This document shows, one piece after another, positions 57,428 to 64,000 of a DNA stretch of 64,000 nt (the stretch's first letter is position 1; each line of letters begins with the position of its first letter). Source of the DNA: an uncultured Clostridia bacterium. GTDB taxonomy: Bacteria; Bacillota; Clostridia; Christensenellales; UBA1242. The stretch covers positions 154,192 through 218,191 of the forward strand of contig CALWKD010000004.1 in assembly GCA_944381175.1 (NCBI GenBank). The letters are read 5' to 3'. A program made the translations under genes and the position numbers. Below the pieces are notes generated by a model that was not told where the DNA came from, searched no databases, and worked only from the letters and a program-made list of their open reading frames with translations.

Positions 57428-58330
57428 ATGCTGGAGAAAATCTTACCAGAAAAATTTTTCAAAATCATAAGTGAAAAAATAAACTTCAAAGCCGTAAACG
57501 AGATTCGGTTGCGTGCCGACAAGCCTGTGGTTTTAAACATCGGCGGGAAGATGTTTTTCTTGTCGGAAAGCGGAGTCACAAACAATGCAAAAATCGCTCT
57601 CTACGCCAGCAAAATCATCATTGAAGATGTCATCTTTCGTGCGAGTGAGTGCTCGATTTATTCCGTCAACGAACAAATCAAAAAGGGTTTTATCGTCACC
57701 GATGAGGGTGTGAGGCTTGGAATTGGCGGGAATTTGATTGTGGAAAATGGACAAGTCAAGACAATGTCAAACTTTTCAAGTTGCAACATAAGAATACCGC
57801 ACGCAATCAAAAACTGCTCTCTGACCGCACTTCCATACATTTTGAAAGGTGAGACGGTGGAAAACACGCTTGTGATTTCTCCACCAGGGTGCGGAAAGAC
57901 GACTTTTCTTCGAGATTTTGTCGGACAACTCTCCGAGCGAAATCTTCCACTCAGTGTTTTGCTTGTCGATGAGCGTGGGGAACTTGATTGCGGAATCTCT
58001 TCCAATTACACCGACAAGATTTGTTTTTCAAGCAAGATTATGGGGTTTGAAAATGGTATTCGCTCGCTCAGCCCAGATATTATTGTCACGGACGAACTTG
58101 GACAAAATGACGATGTTGCCGCAGTGGAATATGCAAGCAGGTGCGGAGTCAAAATTCTTGCCTCAACTCACTCGGAGAGCATTGAGAGTTTTATGAAAAA
58201 ACCGCTTTTTGAAAGGTTGATTAAGGAAAAAATCTTCAAAAGATATGTATTGCTCTCAAAGAGGAATGGACCAGGGACTTTCGAGGGAGTTTACGACGAA
58301 AACTTTTCACGCATTTATTTTTCAAGATAA
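57428..58330 (+). CDS. spoIIIAA: stage III sporulation protein AA (ATPase)
   Basis: Walker A SPPGCGKTTFLRD, Walker B LLVDERGE. First of eight colinear spoIIIA genes. Confidence 0.9.
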   Translation: MLEKILPEKFFKIISEKINFKAVNEIRLRADKPVVLNIGGKMFFLSESGVTNNAKIALYASKIIIEDVIFRASECSIYSVNEQIKKGFIVTDEGVRLGIGGNLIVENGQVKTMSNFSSCNIRIPHAIKNCSLTALPYILKGETVENTLVISPPGCGKTTFLRDFVGQLSERNLPLSVLLVDERGELDCGISSNYTDKICFSSKIMGFENGIRSLSPDIIVTDELGQNDDVAAVEYASRCGVKILASTHSESIESFMKKPLFERLIKEKIFKRYVLLSKRNGPGTFEGVYDENFSRIYFSR

Positions 58331-58339
58331 GGAGGGGTT

Positions 58340-58834
58340 ATGAAATATGTTTTGATTGTGGTCGTCTTTTGCATTTGCACCTATGTGGGATATTTGTTTT
58401 CCGTCAAATACACAAAAAGAAAGAAGTTTTTCTCTGCTCTCATCTCTTTTGCGGACAAACTCTCTCTTGAGATAAATTTTTCAAGAGAGAGGCTCAAAGT
58501 CCTGGTGGAAAACTTTGACGAAAAACAAAGGAAAGATTTGCTTGGAGTTGATGTCGCATTTTTGGACTTTCTGGAGAAGAAATCAGAACTTTCAAGCGAG
58601 GTTATGTTCAAAAAGGCGGAGGTGCTCAAAACTGACGAAAAGGACGCCATTCTTCTTTTCTTCAAGACGCTCGGTCGCAGTGATGTTGAAAACCAGACAA
58701 AAGAAATAAACACCTTCGTCTCAAAGTTTTCGCAGATGAAAGCCACTTGCGAAGAAGAACAGAAAAAGTATGGAAGTTTGTCACTTAAACTTGGAGTTGT
58801 TGCTGGGCTGTTTTGTGCTGTGATTATGTTTTAA
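58340..58834 (+). CDS. spoIIIAB: stage III sporulation protein AB
   Basis: 164 aa with N- and C-terminal TM helices and a GspF-like helical core, in the conserved position. Confidence 0.85.
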   Translation: MKYVLIVVVFCICTYVGYLFSVKYTKRKKFFSALISFADKLSLEINFSRERLKVLVENFDEKQRKDLLGVDVAFLDFLEKKSELSSEVMFKKAEVLKTDEKDAILLFFKTLGRSDVENQTKEINTFVSKFSQMKATCEEEQKKYGSLSLKLGVVAGLFCAVIMF

Positions 58835-58849
58835 ATTGCGGGAGAGATT

Positions 58850-59065
58850 ATGGAAGTTGAAATCATATTCAAGATTGCAGGGATTGGCATATTGACCGCG
58901 GTCGTGGGACAAATCCTCAAAAACAGTGGAAAGGACGACATCTCAACTCTCGCAACACTTGCTGGGGTGATTATTGTGCTGTTTATGGTGGTGGGGATGA
59001 TTTCCGATTTGTTTTCGTCGCTCAAGACTATGTTCAACTTTGGGGTGATTTTGCCGTTTCTCTAA
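58850..59065 (+). CDS. spoIIIAC: stage III sporulation protein AC
   Basis: Small 2-TM protein: IFKIAGIGILTAVVGQILK. Confidence 0.85.
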   Translation: MEVEIIFKIAGIGILTAVVGQILKNSGKDDISTLATLAGVIIVLFMVVGMISDLFSSLKTMFNFGVILPFL

Positions 59066-59083
59066 GGTTTTTTTGAGGTGTGT

Positions 59084-59476
59084 ATGGACTCTTTATACAA
59101 AATTATTAGCATTGCGGTCATAACTTGCATTGCCTGCCTTATTGTCAAACCGATAAGAAGTGATTTTGCCATTTTGATTTCCATTGTGGGTGGCATAATC
59201 GTTTTGTTTTACACCGTCTCATATCTTTCTCAAATTTTTGATGTCTTTACCGAAATTTTCAACATCTCTGGCATAAACGCTTCAATTTACTCAATCATCC
59301 TCAAAATAATCGGAATTGGATACCTCACGGAATTCACCGCTGGCATCTGCAACGACACTGGAAACTCAAGTCTGGCGGACAAGGTTCTGCTTGGCGGAAA
59401 GGTGGTCATTCTTGTTATGGCAATTCCAATCGTGACAAGCATTTTGGATATAGTTATGGAGATGTTGCCCAGATGA
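59084..59476 (+). CDS. spoIIIAD: stage III sporulation protein AD
   Basis: 4-TM protein: KIIGIGYLTEFTAGICNDTGNSSLADKV. Paralogue of AC. Confidence 0.85.
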   Translation: MDSLYKIISIAVITCIACLIVKPIRSDFAILISIVGGIIVLFYTVSYLSQIFDVFTEIFNISGINASIYSIILKIIGIGYLTEFTAGICNDTGNSSLADKVLLGGKVVILVMAIPIVTSILDIVMEMLPR

Positions 59477-60699
59477 AAAAGAAGAAAAGAAAGTTTGTTT
59501 ATGTCATCGTGGCGTTGATTTTTTTCAGTTGTTTTTATGGAAGGTTTGATATTGCGAGCGGTTTCAAAGTGAATGTTGCCTACGCGGAGTCTTCTGAGGA
59601 AGAGGAGATTGAGAAAGGACTTGAAGAGGAGATTTCTTCCCAACTGTCAAATCTTGATTTTTCAGATGTGGAAAGCGTTTTGGACTCTTTGACTTTGGAA
59701 GCGAGAACACTCTTTTCCTCGGAGAGTTTTCTTGACAAAGTGAATTACGTCATCTCTGGAGAATATGCGGAAAGTTCTGAAAGTTTTTTCTCGGCGGTCA
59801 CATCAATTTTTTGGAAAGACCTGAAAAACTATCTGCCGATTATTGCGACAATAATCTCTGTTGCGATACTTGGCGGAATGGTCTCGGCACTTCGGCCGGT
59901 GACGGGTGGGAAGTCAATAGGGAATGTCGTCCACTTTGTCACATATGGCGTCATTTTGGTTTTTCTTGGCACGACAATCACGCAAATTGTGACGCTGACT
60001 CAAACCACGCTGACGAGCATAAAAGGTTTATTTGACGGAATCTTTCCAATTCTCTTGACTCTTCTGACAGCACTTGGCGGAAGCGTGTCGGTGGGGATTT
60101 ATCAGCCAGCCATTGCACTGCTTGGAAATCTTTTTGTCTCGCTTATCACCTATTTTCTTTTGCCACTTTTCATCTTTTCAATCGTCTTTTCAATCGTCGG
60201 GAACCTTTCACAAAACACACGACTTGACAAATTTGTCTCCTTTTTGCAGTCGCTTTTCAAGTGGACAATCGGACTGTGCTTCACCATTTTCCTGGGCTTT
60301 GTGAGCATCCAAGGAATTATGGCGGGTGCCGTCGATGGGCTTTCAATAAGGACTGCCAAATATGCCATCAAGAGTTACATTCCAATCGTCGGCGGGTATG
60401 TTTCTGATGGACTTGCAATCATTATGGCAAGCAGCAGTCTCATCAAAAACGCAGTCGGCGGAGTTGGGCTTTTTGTCCTCCTCGCGACCGTCATCTCGCC
60501 AATTTTGAGCATTGCAATCTTTATGCTTGCACTTAAGTTTATGGCAGGAATAATCGAGCCAATAGGCGACAAAAAAATCTCGGGATTTTTGAGTGATATG
60601 TCGAAGAGTATGTCGCTTCTTGTGGCACTTCTTGTTGCGGTTTCGTTTATGTATGTGGTGATGACGGGGCTTGTTATGTGCAGTGCAAATTTGGTTTAA
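59473..60699 (+). CDS. spoIIIAE: stage III sporulation protein AE
   Basis: 408-aa polytopic membrane protein with signal peptide, in the conserved position. Confidence 0.85.
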   Translation: MKKKKRKFVYVIVALIFFSCFYGRFDIASGFKVNVAYAESSEEEEIEKGLEEEISSQLSNLDFSDVESVLDSLTLEARTLFSSESFLDKVNYVISGEYAESSESFFSAVTSIFWKDLKNYLPIIATIISVAILGGMVSALRPVTGGKSIGNVVHFVTYGVILVFLGTTITQIVTLTQTTLTSIKGLFDGIFPILLTLLTALGGSVSVGIYQPAIALLGNLFVSLITYFLLPLFIFSIVFSIVGNLSQNTRLDKFVSFLQSLFKWTIGLCFTIFLGFVSIQGIMAGAVDGLSIRTAKYAIKSYIPIVGGYVSDGLAIIMASSSLIKNAVGGVGLFVLLATVISPILSIAIFMLALKFMAGIIEPIGDKKISGFLSDMSKSMSLLVALLVAVSFMYVVMTGLVMCSANLV

Positions 60700-60709
60700 G
60701 GAGGAGGTT

Positions 60710-61207
60710 ATGGCGTCGATATCAACTTGGCTTCTAAGCATTGCTGGGGTGGTGGTTTTGGGCGTTTTGGCGGAGTTTGTCTTGCCAGAAGGGCAGATGA
60801 ACAAATACACAAAAGTCATTTTTTCCTTTGTTACGCTTCTTGTCATAATCTTGCCCTTGCCAAAAATTTTCGGCAAAGAGTTTGACATCTCCAAGTATTT
60901 TGGCGAGAGCGAGGAGATTTTGCAAGATGATTATTTGGAGCAGGTGAACCTCGACAAGCTAACTGAAATCTCCCAAAGCGTAAACAAACTGATTGAGGAA
61001 AGTGGGCTCAAAAATGTTGTCGTTTCGATAAACGCAAGTATTTTTGGGAAAGAACTCGAAATTTATAATATTTTTGTTGATTTGAAAGATATAGCATATG
61101 GCGAAAATTTCCCAACTAAAGATATAACGAATGCAAAGGCGAAGATACTTGAGATAATTGGAGAATTTGTCCAGTTGAAAGGCGTGGAGGTGAGATTTAA
61201 TGAGTAA
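60710..61207 (+). CDS. spoIIIAF: stage III sporulation protein AF
   Basis: 2 TM helices plus a soluble ring-building-motif-like domain. AAGGAGGAGG SD. Confidence 0.8.
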   Translation: MASISTWLLSIAGVVVLGVLAEFVLPEGQMNKYTKVIFSFVTLLVIILPLPKIFGKEFDISKYFGESEEILQDDYLEQVNLDKLTEISQSVNKLIEESGLKNVVVSINASIFGKELEIYNIFVDLKDIAYGENFPTKDITNAKAKILEIIGEFVQLKGVEVRFNE

Positions 61208-61718
61208 AGTGAAAGAAATCTGGGAGAAGTTGAAATCAATCAAACGTATCCATATTTACATTGCGGTGCTTGTGGGTGTGATTGTGTGTCTGATTTACTT
61301 TTGCAGTTTTGGCGGAAAGAGTTCTGACAAATCTGAGGAAATTTCGACAGAAAGTTACTCAAGCACAGTGGAATATGTCGACTACCTTGAGAATAAGTTA
61401 AGTAATGTATTGTCCAAAATTTCAGGCGTTGGACAAGTTGATGTGATTATAACGCTTGAAAATGGATTTTCATATGAATACGCCACCGACACAGAAACAG
61501 AGACGATTGTCTCGGGCGGAACAGAGACAACTGTGACGAGCGAAACTGTGATTTTGGTTTCAAACGAACCTGTGGTGGTCAGAGAGATTTATCCAGAAAT
61601 AAAGGGGGTGGTCGTTGTTGCAGATGGGGCAAAAGATGTGTCTGTGAAACTCAATATAATTTCTGCAGTTGAAACTGTTTTGGAAGTGGACAGAGACAAT
61701 GTAACAATATTGTCTTGA
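61200..61718 (+). CDS. spoIIIAG: stage III sporulation protein AG
   Basis: N-terminal TM helix. C-terminal YscJ/FliF-like segment (GVGQVDVIITLENG...IKGVVVVADGA). Confidence 0.85.
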   Translation: MSKVKEIWEKLKSIKRIHIYIAVLVGVIVCLIYFCSFGGKSSDKSEEISTESYSSTVEYVDYLENKLSNVLSKISGVGQVDVIITLENGFSYEYATDTETETIVSGGTETTVTSETVILVSNEPVVVREIYPEIKGVVVVADGAKDVSVKLNIISAVETVLEVDRDNVTILS

Positions 61719-61782
61719 GGAACGAAAGAGGAGAATTTCAAGAGAAAGCAAATATAGGGAATTTCCCAAAAAGGAGTTTGAT

Positions 61783-62250
61783 ATGAAAAAAAGAACAAAA
61801 ATCATCATTCTTTCACTTATGATAGTTTTGCTCGGTGTGACGGGCTACCTCAACATCGCATTAAACAATTCTGCAAAACAGACAAGCACCACCGTGACGA
61901 CAACAAGTTATTTCACCAGTTATCGCAATGACCGCGAAAGCACTCGTGACCAAGAAATTTTGTATTATGATGCAATCATCGACAGTGCGTCATCCACTGA
62001 GGCTGCAATTGAGGCGGCACAAGAGGCAAAACTCGACCTCATCGCAACAATGGAGAAAGAACTTGCAATTGAGGGACTTATCAAAGCACAAGGCTTTTCT
62101 GATTGCGTAATCTCAATTTCTGGCTCAAAAATCAATGTTGTTGTGCAATGCAAAACGCTCACAGAGAATGAAGTTGCACAAATTTCCACGATTGTTATGG
62201 AGCAACTTGGCACAGAACTTAAAAATATTGTGATAATTCCAGCAGAATAA
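61783..62250 (+). CDS. spoIIIAH: stage III sporulation protein AH
   Basis: N-terminal TM helix. C-terminal domain LIKAQGFSDCVISISGSKINVVV. Last gene of the operon. Confidence 0.8.
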   Translation: MKKRTKIIILSLMIVLLGVTGYLNIALNNSAKQTSTTVTTTSYFTSYRNDRESTRDQEILYYDAIIDSASSTEAAIEAAQEAKLDLIATMEKELAIEGLIKAQGFSDCVISISGSKINVVVQCKTLTENEVAQISTIVMEQLGTELKNIVIIPAE

Positions 62251-62311
62251 TTTGCAAAATGCGTGCCACCTATGATAAAATATCCTTAAATAATAAATAG
62301 GAGACTTTTTT

Positions 62312-62680
62312 ATGGCTACAAAAACGCAGGATACAAGCAAAGGGAAAATCACTCTCGACAGAAAAATTCTTGTCTCAATAATAAATCTTGCTGCAAAAGA
62401 AATAAATGGTGTGGAAAGCGTGACAAACTCTGCTCGTCCTTGGTATAAAAAACTTTTCAATCGTTATGACGACGGAGTGAAGATTGTTTTTGAGAAAAAT
62501 GGTGCTTTGACGATTGACGTCTATATAAATGTTTACATCGGTTGCAGTGTTCCCGATATTGCATACCGCGTCCAAGAAAACATCAGAAATTCTTTGGCTA
62601 CGATGGTCGCTTTAAAACCTCTCAAAATAAACATCCACGTCATCAATGTTGAGTGCGACAAAGAGGTGGAAGATGCGTAA
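62312..62680 (+). CDS. Asp23/Gls24 family envelope stress protein (YqhY-like)
   Basis: GKITLDRKILVSIINLAAKEINGV...V.V.I pattern. Located between spoIIIAH and nusB, as B. subtilis yqhY is. Confidence 0.85.
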   Translation: MATKTQDTSKGKITLDRKILVSIINLAAKEINGVESVTNSARPWYKKLFNRYDDGVKIVFEKNGALTIDVYINVYIGCSVPDIAYRVQENIRNSLATMVALKPLKINIHVINVECDKEVEDA

Positions 62681-63053
62681 CGACGCAAGAGAAAATGCCT
62701 TCAAATTGATTTTTGAAAGTCTCTTCCACGAAGTTGACGAAACTCTTTCCAAGGAAAACTTGACCGAACTTAAGAAAGAAGAGGACAAGCAGTTTTTTGA
62801 GGATATTATCAAAAATTTCAATTTGCACAAAGAAGAACTCAAAGTTGAAATTGAGAAACACTTGAAAAATTTTGATTATTCAAGAGTTTTCAAAGTTGAC
62901 CTTGCCTTGATTTACCTTGCACTGACGGAGATTAAGTTTTGCGGGACTCCAAAGGCCGTCGCAATCAATGAAGCAATTGAATTTTCAAAAAAATACAGCA
63001 CTGAAAAATCTTCAAAATTTATAAACGGGCTCATTTCGGCCATAATTAAGTGA
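62673..63053 (+). CDS. nusB: transcription antitermination factor NusB
   Basis: RENAFKLIF...LALTEIKF...PKAVAINEAIEFSKKY...KFINGL. GAGGTGG SD before ATG 62673. Confidence 0.85.
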   Translation: MRNDARENAFKLIFESLFHEVDETLSKENLTELKKEEDKQFFEDIIKNFNLHKEELKVEIEKHLKNFDYSRVFKVDLALIYLALTEIKFCGTPKAVAINEAIEFSKKYSTEKSSKFINGLISAIIK

Positions 63054-63056
63054 CAA

Positions 63057-64000
63057 ATGACACAAGCATACACTTTGACAGTTTCAAAATTTAATAATAT
63101 TATTAAAGATATCTTTAATAGTGAAGAACTTCTCCATAACATCAAAATTGTTGGAGAAGTTTTTGGCGTTTCTCTGTCAAAAACCGCCGTTTATTTCTCT
63201 CTCAAAGATGAGGACAGCAGTTTGCCTTGCGTTTGTTTTTATTCTGGAATTATGAACGGTGTCAAAGAGGGCGATATGGTGATTGTCACTGGCACTGCAA
63301 ACTTTTACACGAAGAGTGGAAGATTCAACTTTGTCGTCTCAAAGGTTGAGCTTTTCGGGCTTGGTCTGCTTTTCCAAAAATTCCAAGAAATGAAAGAGAA
63401 ACTTGAAAAAGAGGGGCTTTTTGACCAATCTCACAAAAAACCTATTCCAGAAAATATCAAGCGAATTGGGGTTGTGACCTCAAAAGACGGAGCGGTGATT
63501 CAAGATATAAAAAATATAACTTGGAGACGAAATCGGGCTGTTGATATTGTGCTTTACAACACAAAAGTGCAGGGCAACGGTGCAGAAAAGGAAATTGCAG
63601 AGGGAATCAACTTTTTCTCAAATTATGACGCGGTCGATGTCGTCATTGTCGCAAGAGGTGGCGGAAGTATGGAGGACTTGGCGGCTTACAACACCGAAAC
63701 GGTCGCAAGGGCGATTTATCTTTGCGAAAAACCAATCGTCTCTGCGGTTGGACACGAGACTGACTTCACAATTTGCGATTTTGTCGCTGATTTGCGTGCA
63801 CCGACTCCAAGTGCGGCGGCAGAACTTCTCACAAAAGACACAAAACTCTCGGCAGTCAACTTGAAAAAGGACATATCTCGCATAAGCCGAATCCTTGATT
63901 TGTATGTTGCGGACAAGACTATGCAGTTTTCAAACGATAAGGCAAGTTTTCTTGCGATTTCTGAGAAGTATGTGTCAGACAGAAAAAATTATTTTCAAAA
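63057..64000 (+). CDS. xseA: exodeoxyribonuclease VII large subunit, 5' part (runs off window end)
   Basis: Hand translation: MTQAYTLTVSKFNNIIKDIF...OB fold...RIGVVTSKDGAVIQD...ARGGGSMEDLAAYN...VGHETDFTICDFVADLRAPTPSAAAEL. Not in the ORF track because no stop lies in the window. Confidence 0.9.
   Translation, partial: MTQAYTLTVSKFNNIIKDIFNSEELLHNIKIVGEVFGVSLSKTAVYFSLKDEDSSLPCVCFYSGIMNGVKEGDMVIVTGTANFYTKSGRFNFVVSKVELFGLGLLFQKFQEMKEKLEKEGLFDQSHKKPIPENIKRIGVVTSKDGAVIQDIKNITWRRNRAVDIVLYNTKVQGNGAEKEIAEGINFFSNYDAVDVVIVARGGGSMEDLAAYNTETVARAIYLCEKPIVSAVGHETDFTICDFVADLRAPTPSAAAELLTKDTKLSAVNLKKDISRISRILDLYVADKTMQFSNDKASFLAISEKYVSDRKNYFQ

Overview
This 64-kb window comes from a low-GC, endospore-forming Firmicute (Clostridia/Bacilli-like). 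That call rests on a complete spoIIIAA-AH operon, TRTG-type extended -10 promoters and Bacillus-like gene order. Most of it is core information-processing DNA in near B. subtilis order. The plus-strand clusters are tadA / rlmH; rpsB-tsf-[orphan]-frr-uppS-cdsA-rseP-[orphan]-[PolC-like exonuclease]-rimP-nusA-ylxR-ylxQ-infB-rbfA-nrnA-truB; efp-lepA-hemW; ylxM-ffh-rpsP-khpA-rimM-trmD-rbgA-yraN-rplS; lysS, nth, obg-yhbY, rsfS, ywlE-rpiB, gap; and spoIIIAA-AH-asp23-nusB-xseA. A roughly 10-kb, mostly minus-strand block (35.6-45.9 kb) holds accessory genes: an AlkD-like repair protein, a MacB-type ABC fusion with MarR, a His/Cys-rich metal exporter, a DivIVA-like operon, lgt, a Rho-like paralogue, an SDR and DegV. 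One RNA gene is supported: a long Bacillus-type SRP RNA on the minus strand at about 56992-57263. I found no rRNA, tRNA, CRISPR array, transposase, integrase or prophage signature. I cannot demonstrate a complete new multi-gene system from sequence alone. The best candidates for novelty are these. (1) A composite element built from a 13-bp box (TTGMATAAYACAC) occurs at three intergenic loci, each starting exactly at the stop codon of the upstream gene. (2) Lineage-specific genes sit in slots of otherwise ultra-conserved clusters: a self-contained 718-aa helical protein where pyrH normally lies, and a PolC-derived N-domain/OB/exonuclease-only protein where polC normally lies. (3) A Rho-like protein has a degenerate P-loop. 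(4) An OAS/CD-NTase-like protein follows gap, with a transglutaminase-like protein nearby. (5) Three consensus promoters are placed so that transcription should start on the ATG, which would give leaderless mRNAs. All family assignments were made by eye from motifs; no database search was run.
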